Positions 1 through 10,935 of a stretch of 64,000 bases of DNA are shown one piece after another. Each line of letters opens with the position of its first letter. Position 1 is the stretch's first letter. The notes below the pieces were generated by a model. It saw only the letters and a list, made by a program, of their open reading frames with translations. It was not told the origin of the DNA and did no database searches. The translations under genes were made by a program, and so were the position numbers. Origin of the DNA: Mobula birostris (Eukaryota); assembly GCF_030028105.1 (NCBI RefSeq), contig NC_092379.1, forward strand, positions 21,119,309 to 21,183,308, read 5' to 3'.

Positions 1-127
1 AACCTGATTTCATTCCATTGTACAATTATGTACAAATTGACCTTCAGGATAAGTCTGAGCTGAAGTTGTCAAGCCAGCTGACAGCAAATATTGTCCAGTT
101 TGTAAATTTTCTATTTCTCATCTACAG

Positions 128-430
128 AGTTGTCGGTCTTTATCCAAAATCCCTCCATTGAAGAGATGTGGATCAACCAGACCGCTACTGTGGTGTGTGT
201 GATTGTGGGTGCTGATCTGAGCCAGGTCCAAATCCACTGGCAGGTGAACGAGAGGGAGAAAATCAGAGCAAACATGACCAGAAAACTGAGAGAGGAAGGA
301 ATCCAAGACACAGTGATCAGCCAACTCCAGACCAGTGTGGAGGAGTGGACCAGTGGGGTGGAGTACACTTGCTCTGCCCAACAATCTTCTTCAACCTCAG
401 CAGTATCAGCACAAACAAAAAGTACCAAAG
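128..430 (+). CDS. IgW: Ig heavy-chain constant exon, C1-set domain (IgW CH3-like; homologous to IgNAR C2)
   Basis: Acceptor tttctcatctacag|AG at 127/128 and donor AAAG|gtgggc at 430/431, phase 1 at both ends. Open frame ELSVFIQNPSIEEMWINQTATVVC...IHWQVN...SVEEWTSGVEYTCSAQQ has the canonical C, W and C residues. IgW rather than IgNAR is a recalled similarity. Confidence 0.9.
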
Positions 431-519
431 GTGGGCAAGAGGTCAGCAATTAAAATGGACAACGATGGTTACCTCAGTAAAAATGTTTAACATTCCCATT
501 GTTTGCCCATCAGTTCCAG

Positions 520-837
520 TGGAGACAAAAAGTCCCAAAGTCAGACTGCTGCCACCGCCAGAGGGAGAGACCAAGAGTGGGAACACGGTCACCCTCGAGT
601 GTGTTGCCTCTGGATTCTACCCAAACCAAATAACCGTCACCTGGGAGAAAGGGGACTCTCTGATCTCCTCCAACATCAGTGTGAGACCAACTGCTCTGGA
701 ACAGGCAGGGACTTTCATTGCCCGCTACGTCCTGACCGTGAGCACAGAGGAGTGGAAGGAAGGCTCAGTTTTCAGATGCACAGTGTCTCATCCCCCCTCC
801 AACACCAGTGTCAGGCAGGGTGTGAGAAACATTCAAG
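520..837 (+). CDS. IgW: Ig heavy-chain constant exon, C1-set domain (IgW CH4-like; homologous to IgNAR C3)
   Basis: 89-nt intron, then acceptor ttccag|TG (an alternative in-frame AG sits at 513). Donor CAAG|gtatga at 837/838. Open frame VETKSPKVRLLPPP...TLECVASGFYP..ITVTWEK...PTALEQAGTF...EEWKEGSVFRCTVSHPPSN...VRNIQ. Confidence 0.92.
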
Positions 838-1239
838 GTATGATTCTGAGATTCACTCCACTGTTGACATCCTCTGCCACAGTCACAACCCAGGGACAAG
901 CAAGGTCAATAGGTAACGGCAAGTCTGGCATTGTTGTAGTTGTGTGAGTGGATTAATAATGCAGAGGCAGAGAGTGGGAAAGAAGCAGAGTTCATCCGAT
1001 GCTTTCAAAACTTGGCTCACTTCTAAAATACCAACACAAGGTCTGTCTGTCCATCAGTAAATATCCATCTGGGCCCCTCTGTCACATCTCAGACAGATGT
1101 GTGAGAGTGCAGCACCCACTCAGTACAAGTACCAGGATCATTGACCTACAGTCTGTTCCCAAGCCTCAGGACACATCCGGGCCAGATTCTAGTTTTAGAT
1201 TACAAACTATTTCTCTGATGTTCTTTGGTGAAGGACACT

Positions 1240-1590
1240 GGCCTTCCTACCCTGTTCACCCGTATCCATCAGTCTCACACCAAACTCTTCACTGCTCTGT
1301 GACGGACCTGCTAGAGCAGAGCAAGGAATGTTGGGCTTGTCAGTGAGGGAATAATGAAATAATGACTGCAAGATCAACGTTTGCACACCAACGTCTCAGA
1401 GACATGAAGCAAGTCTATCTGTCAGCAGAACTGGAGAAACTGAGTTTCACTGGAACAGGCATTGTGGAATGTAACTGGACATCAGACAGTTGTTGAGTTC
1501 CAGTAAACCAGAGAGATGCACAGTACTCAGCCAGGCACAGAACTAGTGCTGAAGCAATGGTACAGAGTACACTTGTGATGCTATCTCAAT
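1240..1590 (+). pseudogene. Possible decayed Ig C-exon remnant(s) (CH5-like)
   Basis: Fragments QTLHCSVTDL (about 1285-1315) and QYSARHRTSAE..SNGTEYTC (SNGTEYTC at 1553-1576) resemble the B strand and the E/F strands of a C1 domain. They are broken by deletions and stops. Confidence 0.4.
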
Positions 1591-1769
1591 GTTATCCCTT
1601 TCTCTGTTCACAAGTGTTTTCTAACCCACTGAACACTTTCTACAATTTCTCTTTCAATTCCAAAAGTGAAAAGCCTTTACATTTTAGATGTGGTGAAATC
1701 ATTGGTGGTGTAAACATTGGCCTGGATGGAGTAGGAGCAGAATATTCCAAGAAAACATCAGATGAATAA

Positions 1770-1904
1770 AAAGTCCATTCCCAATAGGAACCCTCTGCAG
1801 TGTCTATTCCCCACCAGATGAGATGGAAAGAAGTTGGGTCACTGGGTTCACTGCAGAGAGATTCCCATGGACAGAATGGCCAACGACAACACTGGTCAAC
1901 CTTT
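1770..1904 (+). pseudogene. 5' part of a decayed terminal Ig C exon (CH6 / IgNAR C5-like), interrupted by L1
   Basis: With frameshifts it reads PDEMERS-WVTGF-AE-EIPMDRMAND-TLV, similar to recalled IgNAR C5 TDEIDTENS..LATNFHPAEIYVGWMANDTLL. ATG GCC AAC GAC starts at 1876. Confidence 0.6.
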
Positions 1905-2149
1905 CATTGTTTTCAAATCTTTTTATTTTTATATACAGGAAAAATAACATGAGTACATCGAAGTAACAACACTTACAATGCCTCAAAAAAAACATTATCT
2001 TAAAGATCGAAAAAAAAAATTGTGATAACAAAAAAAACCTACTAAGCAGAAAAGTGAGAAAAAAAAAGAGAACCCATTTGGTGTACAACCCGGAGTCATG
2101 CGTCATACAAAAAGCTACTAAAAATAAACATCAAACCGCCAGCAAGAAA

Positions 2150-5100
2150 AGAAAATATACTAAAAGAATTTACAATTAGATCGTGGAAAAATTATATCAA
2201 TTAACTCAAATGATAATAACGAGCAAATGAGCCCCATCTTTTCTCAAAATCAAATAAAGGTTCAACGGTTCAACTTCTAATTTTCTCCAAACTAAGACAT
2301 AGCATCACTTGAGAGAACCATTGTGACAAAGTGGGAGCTGATGTATCCATCCACTTCAACAAAATGGCCCTCCTAGCTATCAATGTGACAAATGCAATAA
2401 CATGTTGGTCCGACACAGAAATACCATGAATATTTTGAGGAACTATTGCAAAGAGCACAGTTAATTTATTAGGTTGTAAATTAATTTTAAGTGCTTTAGA
2501 AATTGTTGAGAAAACCGACTTCCAGAACTGTACCGATATAGAACAAGACCAAAACACATGTGTCAGTGTAGCTATCTCAGTTTTACACCTATCACAACAA
2601 AATCAACATTAGGAAAGATTTTAGAAAGTCTCTCCTTTGTCAAATGATAATGATGTACAATTTTAAATTGAATCAATGAATGGCTAGCACAAATTGAGGA
2701 AGAGTTAACCAACTTCAATATCCGCATCCAGTCCTCCGTCATAAAAGTCAAATTATGTTCCTTTTCCTAATCCTGTTTAATCTTAGATAAAGGACGCTTA
2801 TCCCATTGTAATAATAAATTATAAATTCTTCCAATAGAACCCTTAATCAAAGGATTCATACTCATAATAATATCTAACAGGTCAGCCTCCAATATTTAAG
2901 GGAAATTACTTAAATATTTTTGTAAATAATATCTAACTTGAAGGTATTGCAGAAAGTGAGTATGAAAGAGAATATTTATTAATTAATTGTTCAAAAGACA
3001 TCAATCTATCTTCTTTAAATAAATCCAAAAAATAATTAATACCTTTATTTTTCCAAAGTAAAAAAATTGGATCACTCAAAGAAGGCCTAAAAAAGTAATT
3101 TCAGTAAATTAAACAATGAAGTTTAAATTTTTTAAGATTAAATAAATTGTGAAACTGGAGCCAAATTTGTAAAGAATACTTAATCACAGGATATAGGTTT
3201 AAGTTAACAACTTTACCTAATTGCATAGGTAAAGCAGCTCCCAATAATGAGGTTAAATAAAACTGTTTTACAACTTTCTGTTCCAGGTCTATCCAAATTG
3301 GCCGATCACTCTTATCAACCCAGTATAACCAAAAAGACAGATATCGCACATTAACAGCCCAATAGTACATTCTTAGATTAGGCAAAGCAAGACCTCCATC
3401 CTTTTTAAAAACGCAAACAACAGGAATCCTGCAGATGCTGGAAATTCAAGTGACACACATCAAAGTTGCTGGTGAACGGTCTCAGCCTGAAACGTCGACC
3501 CTACCTCCTCCTAGAGATGCTGCCTGGCACGTTCACCAGCAACTTTGATGTGTGTTACCTCCATCCTTTTTCAATTTTTGTAAATGACATTTATTAATTC
3601 TTGGTCTTTTATTATTCCAAATAAAAGATAAAATAATAGAATCAATCCGATCAAAAACCTTCCAAGTCAAAAAAACAGGAATATTCTGAAATAAATATAA
3701 AATTTTGGTAAAATCATCATTTTAACTATATGAATACAACCAACAAGTGAAAATGTAAGTGGACTTCATCTACTAAATAAATACTTCATAGAGTCTACTA
3801 AGGGAACGAAATTAGCTTTATAAAGATCCTTGTATTTTTTAGTAATTATAATACCTAAATATATAAAAGAGTCTGAAACTTTAAAAGGAATATTATCATA
3901 TATAGAGACAGAATCATTTAAAGGAAACGATTCACTTTTACTAAAATTTATTTTATATCCTGAAAAACCTCCAAATTCATTAAATAATTTTAGCAAGGCA
4001 GGAATGGATTCATCAGGGTTAGATATATAAACCAATAAATCATCAGCATAAAGAGAGACCTTATGCATGGTCTCATTCACAAAGATCCCATGGATATTTT
4101 TAGCCTCAGGAAGAGCAATAGCAAGGGGTTCTAATATTAAATTAAACAACAAAGGACTTAACGGACAGCCTTGCCTTGTCCTCCGTGAAAGGTGAAAAAG
4201 AGGAGACCTATGATAGTTAGTGACAACAGTAGCAATAGGGGCTTTATATATTATTTTAATCCAATTATTAAAATTAACACCAAAGCCAAATTTCTCTAAA
4301 ACATTGAATAAATATTTCCATTCGACTCAGTCGAACGCTTTTTCAGCATCCAAAGATACAACACATTGTGGAGTTTTAGAAGAGGATAAATATATAATGT
4401 TAAATAGTCTCTGAACATTTGAAAAAGAATAGCAACCCTTTATAAAGCCTGTTTGATCTTTACAAATAATTTTACCCAAAATATTCTCCAACCGATTGGC
4501 CATTATCTTTGACAAAATCTTAGCATCAACATTCAGTAATGAAATAGGTCTATATGAAGCACAGTCAGTAGGATCTTTATCTTTTTTAAGAATTAAAGAA
4601 ATAGAGGCCTCATAAAAAGTAGAGGGTAAGTCACCTTTAACAAAAGAATCCTTAAACATTTCCAACATATACAGAGAGAGCAACTTTCCAAATTTTTCAT
4701 AAAATTCTATGGGATAGCCATCAAGTCCTGAGGACTTACCAGATTGCATTGAAAAAATAGCTTTATGAATTTCGGCTTCAGTAATTTGAGCATCGAGAAT
4801 CTTTTGATCCTCAGCCAAGATTTTAGGAAAAAGAATATTTCGTTAAAAAGAATTCATTTTAGAGGAATCTAATGGACATTGAGATTTATATAGCTCAGCA
4901 TAAAAGTCTTGAAAAATCTTATTAATTTCCTCATATTCCTGAGCTAAGGTACCATCTTCCCTATGAAGTTTCATGATTTGCCTTTTGGCTGCAGCCATTT
5001 TTAATTGAGATGCAAGCAGTTTATTATTTTTATCTCCATACATATAAAATTGGCTCTTTAACTTAAGCAAATAACCTTCAATGGGATGAGTTAATAACAG

Positions 5101-6134
5101 GTTATATTGTGATTGAAGTTCCACCCTTTATTTAAATAAGTCAGTATTGGGGGAAATTGCATAAATATTATCTAAATCTTTAATTTGTTTTGAAATTGTA
5201 TCTAGTTCTGCTTTAGTTCGTTTTTGAAGTTTAGCTGAATAAAAAATAATCTGACCATGTAAAAATGCTTTAAATGTATCCCATATAACTAATTTAGACA
5301 TACCCCCTATATCATTAAAAAGAAAAAAATCTTTTATCTGGGTTTCAATGAAACTGACAAAGTCAGAGTTGTGCAATAACATCTGAGACAGACGCCAAGG
5401 TGGGCTGGCAAGAATGACATCATCAAATTCAAAAGACAAATCCAGAGGCGCATGATCAGATATAGCAATAGCGTCATATTCGCAAGTTTAAACACTAGGC
5501 AGGAAGCGAGGATCGATTATAATCGATCCTCGAATATTTTTTATAATCATGTGAGAAGAAAGAATATTCTCTATTATCGGGATGAAGGTACCTCCACAAA
5601 TCAATCAACCCAAAATCAATCAAAAAGGAATTAATAAATGATGTGGATCGATTTGGAAGTTGCTGATTGGTTGAGCTCTTATCAATCAAAGGATTTAAAC
5701 AGCAATTAAAATCCTCACCCATTATGAGCATATATTCATTTAAGTCAGGCAGTAAAGCAAATACCTTTTTTAAAAAAAGAAGGATCATCTAAGTTAGGAC
5801 CATACAAATTAACCAAAACAACTTTTCTGTTACAGATTGTTCCTTTAACAATTAAAAATCTACCATTAGAATCTGATTCAATATCCTCTTGAATAAATAT
5901 ATTAGGTTTAATGAAAATAGGCATGCTTTTTGTTTTAATCTGAGAAGTAGAGTGGAATTGCAAACCACTCCACCATCTAAAAAATCTATTTTGATCTCCC
6001 GCCCTGATATGTGTCTCTTGAGCAAAAATTATATCAGGTTGGAATTGGTTAAAAATTTTAAAAGTCTTTTTTCGTTTAATAGGATGATTCCAACCACGTA
6101 CATTCCAACTTATTATATTAATCCGTTTGAACAC
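2150..6134 (-). pseudogene. L1 ORF2 (endonuclease + reverse transcriptase), frameshifted
   Basis: IISWNVRG, QETH, VNLYGPN, YRPISLLNVDAKIL, SLDAEKAFD and LYADDLLVY motifs spread over several frames. Left boundary approximate. Confidence 0.9.
3407..3556. mobile_element. 150-bp Penelope-like end fragment nested in L1 ORF2
   Basis: 15-bp duplication acctccatccttttt (3392-3406, 3557-3571). Perfect 26-bp inverted repeat (3453-3478, 3530-3555). Same sequence family as the PLE terminus at 58150-58290. Confidence 0.75.
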
Positions 6135-6889
6135 CGTACTATAATTTTATTCTACTTTATACATGCACAGAGCACATACCAATATGGGATGATCAAAGAT
6201 GGCGGTGATGAAGAATACAACCACATAAAAAACACGCATGCTCCGGAACCACCCAATGGGAAAAAACTCCTAACTCTAAACCCACTCACCCACACCCGGA
6301 AACCCGAAAGAGGCAAGCGATCTATGATAGAATTCAAAGCTGAAGACCGCTCTGTCTGTGTTTTCTTTCCCTCCCCCCAGTTAGTAAAAAAGTAGAGTGA
6401 CCTTGTGAAAAAAACAATAAACTCAACAAAAAAAGGTATTTACATTCCATCGACTAATAAACAAGAAAGAACCAAAATAATGTTATCTCTTAGAGAGAAA
6501 AACCAGCGCCATGTTTAAGTTTAATATTAATTCCCTAAAAAAGCTTTAAATTCAATTATAAAATGTTATAATAAAACAGAAAAAAATATATAAAAAGTCC
6601 TATTAGTAGGAAAAAAATACCAATTAACTGATTAAAATGAAGAAACAAACCAAGTATTAAAGGAACAAATTGCCTTATCTTCTTCCCTCAGTCGTAGAAT
6701 GTCCAGAAATCATTTAAACAGAGATACTTAAACCATAAATCTTTCCAAAGGAAAACCAACAATATGCAATAAAGAACAACTCTTTGTGTTCTTTAATTAG
6801 TCTCTCAATGAAATATACAAGTGACCTTCATAAATCTTCTTTCCAAAATGCGAATAATATACAAATAGCCAAACAGCCCTTCAGATGGA

Positions 6890-7741
6890 TCATTCAACAG
6901 CGGCGTCAGTGACAGCGGCAGGTAAAGCCTGAAGAAAATCCAGTGCAGCTTTTGGATCAAAAAAAGTACGAGGAGGAGAATTAGCAGGGAAAATTTTAAT
7001 TCTTGTCAGGTACCCCAGAGACGGAAAAAGTTTTTTATCATATGCTTGTTTCATTACCAGGGCAAATTTTGATCTTTGTTCCATTATCTCTCTTGGATCA
7101 TCTTCATAGAAGTGGAGCTCAGATTCCATAAATCTAAAAACTCTCTGTTTTCTTGCCTGTCGCATTATTTGATCTTTAAGTTTAAAGTGATGAAAGCAAA
7201 CCAGCACAGATCTTGGTTTACTAGAATCCTTCAATTTCGAGATAAACGCCCTATGTGCCCTTTCTATAGCAGGTGGCTTTGATAGAATGGTAGGAAATAA
7301 AGTGTGGAAAAGCTTACCAAAGTAAGCCGTTAGATCTCCTTCTTCAGCTCCTTCTTGCAGCCCAACAATTCTTATATTCCTTCGTCGAGACCTAGTTTCC
7401 AGGTCTATAATCTTATTTTGATATATTTCCAAATGATTTGTAGATTCAGACAACTTTTGCTTAGTTATCTTCAATTCCTCTTCGTGTGAAATAACTTGAG
7501 TTTCCAGGTCTTTAAGTTTTCCCAGAAATGACTTCATTTCATTACTATTCTTTTCCAGTTGGTCTTTAATTGATCCATTCTGATCCTTAATTGAATTCAG
7601 TGTCCGAACAATATCTTCAGCCCACGATGGCATTTCATCAGATCTTTCCTTTTGCACCTTTCCTTTCCCATTACCTATGTCACTAGGTTCAGGTAAATTC
7701 TCCCCACTTCTTGTAGACATAGACATATTGATCCCCGTCAA
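6890..7741 (-). CDS. L1 ORF1p (coiled coil + RRM + CTD), open frame of 283 aa
   Basis: LETRSRRRNIRIVGLQEGAE and IERAHR...PRSVLVCFHHFKLKDQI motifs typical of L1 ORF1. Confidence 0.88.
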   Translation of the reverse strand: MTGINMSMSTRSGENLPEPSDIGNGKGKVQKERSDEMPSWAEDIVRTLNSIKDQNGSIKDQLEKNSNEMKSFLGKLKDLETQVISHEEELKITKQKLSESTNHLEIYQNKIIDLETRSRRRNIRIVGLQEGAEEGDLTAYFGKLFHTLFPTILSKPPAIERAHRAFISKLKDSSKPRSVLVCFHHFKLKDQIMRQARKQRVFRFMESELHFYEDDPREIMEQRSKFALVMKQAYDKKLFPSLGYLTRIKIFPANSPPRTFFDPKAALDFLQALPAAVTDAAVE

Positions 7742-8848
7742 GAATCAACAAGTAAAAATTTTAAATTCAAAGCTTAAACTAGGGGGAGAGAAAGAAAACT
7801 AAGAGCAGCACAAAAATACTGCTACTCCACGTGCAGACAGAGGTGGTCCTTGGTCAACCTTTAATTGATGCTGATCCTGCAACAGTGCGGTTTACCTCAC
7901 TGAAACAAACGAGATTACCTGCAAGTCCTTTCTCATTAGCTCAAAATAGAGATATATATTTCATGATTAAATACATCAAAATAAATTAACAACATTTCTG
8001 AGATCCTGCAGTTCTTGTTAAAACTTTCTTGTGTCAGGTCTGATCCTGTTGGAAACTTGTATAGACTACTTGAGAGGTTAAATGTGTTTGTGTAATCAAA
8101 GTTCAATAAAGAAGGTATGGAAAGCATTCGGCTGCCAGTGTTCTGTGCCGGTATGTTTTGGGATACAATTGTGTGACTTAAACCTGAGGGGCTGGAAGTG
8201 TTGCCTGGTTGGTTCTGTCCTTCATTGTATAGACAGACAGACAGACATTCAAGTAGATATAGGTATATGTGTACAATAGTGTCCACTGTGCAAATGATAG
8301 AACATTCTGGATTGCTCCACAGTTTGAAAGGTTAATTGACAAGGAAGGGTATTTCATCAACTTTGTGAAGACATTTGGTGAACTCATTCAGAAAGAAGGG
8401 ACAATATGTTGTCAGTGACCCACAGCAATGTGTTCAGTGCTGACTTTGCCACTCACACAAGTCTGGCAGATCTGTTAGCAGTCTGGAAGGCTATAACTAC
8501 AGAGATAATAATCGATGAAATGAATAGGTAGGAACCGACTCCAGGTCTTTGGACAAACTATCTTGGAGGGACTGCTGAACATACATGCACTCCCCAGAGT
8601 AAATTACAAGTTCGGATGATGTTTAATGAATGTTAAGTGCAGATCTGGTCAATATTTTCAGTGGAGTGAACATAGTCGATTCAGAGGAACCAGTTCATTT
8701 AGTTTTCTGTAGGGGCTGCCAAGTTACAAAATGACATGCTGTGAGGAAACATGACTCAAGTCATCAAGTTTACTCAAATTTATTGCCATGTTGATCTTCA
8801 AGAAACATCAACAAGAAACTAACTGTCTCACTTTCTCAATTCTTTCAG

Positions 8849-8991
8849 AAACCTGCACAGACTTGACAGGAGAGGAGGGGAAGGAAGAACAGGGACACGT
8901 GGATGGAGATGACAATGTGCTTACAGTTCCTGCCTTTGCCTTTCTGTTTATCATCAGTTTCCTCTACAGCACCTTCGTCACCGTTGTCAAG
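8849..8991 (+). CDS. IgW: Ig heavy-chain transmembrane exon TM1
   Basis: Acceptor ttctcaattctttcag|AA is phase 1 and compatible with the donor at 837. Donor AAG|gtaact at 8991/8992. ETCTDLTGEEGKEEQGHVDGDDNVLTVPAFAFLFIISFLYSTFVTVVK carries the antigen-receptor TM motif F..LF..S..YS..VT..K. Confidence 0.88.
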
Positions 8992-9129
8992 GTAACTAAC
9001 TGACTAACAGGGGCATCCCATGAAACCCAAACTTTCACCTTCCATCTCACCACATTGCATTCTCTGACATTGCAATCCCAGTGACAGCACAATCAACAGA
9101 CAATGCAGTCTGAGGCCTTTCACAACCCC

Positions 9130-10081
9130 TGGGACCTTACACCTTTCATCTTTACTCCAAGCCTCTGGGCCTTGATAAGCAGAAGTTATGACCAGTACAA
9201 AAGAGACGGGTTACACCTGAATCCACAGGGGACAAATATCCTCGCAGACCGGTTTGCTAGAGCTGGTCAGAAGGGATTAAACAAATTTGGCAGGGGGATG
9301 GGAAATGAAGTGATAGGGTTGAGGATCAAATCATTGGTTGGCAAACAGTGTGTAGTGAGACTGCTAGCAAGAAGAAGCTGATGACTGGGTAAAATTGCAG
9401 TTATCGGGATGAGTTGCAATGTAAAAAGGGACAAAATTTTAAGATGTAATGAATACAGGACTGAAGGTGTTATATTTGAATGCACGCAGCATATGGAATA
9501 AGCTAGGTGAACTTGAAGCCCAGCGACATATTGGCATGTATGACATTGTGAGCATCTCTGAATCGTGGCTGAAAGAAGATTATAGCTGTGAGCTTAATGT
9601 CCAAGGATACACATTGTATCGAAAGGACAGGGAGGTAGGCAGAAGGCGTGGTGTGGCTGTGTTTGTAAAAAATTAAATTAAATCATCAGAAAGCAGTGTC
9701 ATAGGATCGGAAGGTGTAGAATCGTTCTGGGTAGAGCTAAGAATCTGCAAGAGTGAAAGACACTGATGGGACTTTTTACAGACCTGCAAACAGTATAACA
9801 AAGATGTGGTCTACATATTACAACGAAGGACAGAAAATGCATGTCAAAAGTGCAATGTTAAGATAGTCATCGTATGTTTCAATATGCAGGTTGATAGAGA
9901 CGGATTGCACCTGAACTTCAGGGGAACTGGATAGCTGTCTGCAAGATTTGCTGATGCTACTTGGAAGAGTTTAAACTAGTTCTGCAGGGGTGAGAACCCG
10001 AGCCCCAGGTCAGTTGGGGAAGGACCTGACCAGAAGTTAGATGTCAGGGAAGGTATTGAAAGTCACAATTGAAGTAACAGG
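9130..10081 (+). mobile_element. CR1-type LINE fragments (end of ORF1, start of endonuclease)
   Basis: YKRDGLHLN and LKVLYLNARSI...IVSISESWL motifs. Confidence 0.75.
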
Positions 10082-10321
10082 TGTTATGTTACTTCTGTTT
10101 AAACGTACCGTGGGTTAACAGTAAAGAATCATATTCTGGAAGTATTAGAAAACTTTTATTTACAGTAATAAACAAACACATCTTAACCCAGACACGTGCT
10201 GGAACATTCTGGCAATCCTGTGCATGCTGAGTGCTCTGTCCAATCATGTACTGGCACGTCATTGCATGTGATATTACCACACCTTCCTTTCCTTAAAAAG
10301 AAAAACACTTAACAATGTTAA

Positions 10322-10480
10322 TCAAAACACATCTATATAAGATAACTGAAACTCTGAAGTTGACTTTTTCTTAAAGCCTTTGCGATTCTTTCCTATCACC
10401 ACTCCCTCCTCTGTTTGGACCATGTATGATCTGGTCTGTGATAATGTGTTCCTTTTATCTTGTATCGTCACTTTGTATCC
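10322..10480 (-). pseudogene. Gypsy integrase C-terminal tail
   Basis: KVTIQDK...[18 protein letters not shown] resembles the Gypsy integrase end motif RSY.V.T..G...RNR. Confidence 0.65.
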
Positions 10481-10525
10481 TTGTCTTTCAGACAAACGTT
10501 TCCTTAGATCAGTCAATTCATGTTC
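10481..10525 (-). pseudogene. RABEP1: Captured RABEP1 fragment, part 2
   Basis: [15 protein letters not shown] versus RABEP1 EREIADLRRRLSEGQ, the direct continuation of part 1. Confidence 0.75.
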
Positions 10526-10660
10526 CACTTCCATTTGTAATGAAATACGAATCTTCTTTTCTTCATCTAATTCATTCATTAACTGTGTAATCTCTTTTTT
10601 ATGTTGAGACTTCATCATTTCAATAATACTCCTCAATTCCTTCACCTGTGCGTTCACTTC
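10526..10660 (-). pseudogene. SH3KBP1: Captured SH3KBP1 (CIN85) C-terminal coiled-coil fragment
   Basis: [45 protein letters not shown] versus recalled human CIN85 [45 protein letters not shown]. Confidence 0.85.
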
Positions 10661-10935
10661 TTATACTGTGCCCACTGTGAGTGTTCTTGCTCTAGACGGT
10701 GATGAAACTGAACCTCATATTCTCACAGTGTCTATTTCATTATTGCTTGCATTGAAGCAACCTCCTCCTGCCATTGCTTTTTCACATCATCAGTTGCCTC
10801 CCGTTTGGTCGTCTCAGACACTGCAGCTACTACTTTTATATTCTCCATGTCAGCATTTGCCTCCATGGCCTGGACCTGCAGTCGAGTTACATCACCTTCT
10901 GCCAACTGTAATGAAACATTCTGTTGCTTCAGCTC
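10660..10935 (-). pseudogene. RABEP1: Captured RABEP1 (Rabaptin-5) N-terminal coiled-coil fragment, part 1
   Basis: [90 protein letters not shown] aligns by eye to recalled human RABEP1 DLKRQNAVLQ...EMENIKAIATVSENTKQEAIDEVKRQWREEVASLQAVMKETVRDYEHQFHLRLEQERTQWAQYR. Confidence 0.88.

Larger units (their letters stand above)
1905..7850 (-). mobile_element. Full-length but inactivated L1-clade LINE
   Basis: ORF1, then APE endonuclease and RT ORF2 fragments. AATAAA near the 3' (left) end. Perfect 12-bp TSD tggtcaaccttt at 1893-1904 and 7851-7862. Minus-strand target reads TT|AAAG, like the L1 endonuclease consensus. Confidence 0.93.

Noticed and set aside
838-947. Read-through of CH4 (GMILRF...GIVVVV*) as a secretory tailpiece
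   Set aside because: A strong GTATGA donor is at 838, and the extension has no penultimate Cys or N-x-S tailpiece motif. More likely intron.
8992-9010. ctgactaacag as branch point and acceptor for TM2
   Set aside because: The intron would be only 19 nt, too short to splice.
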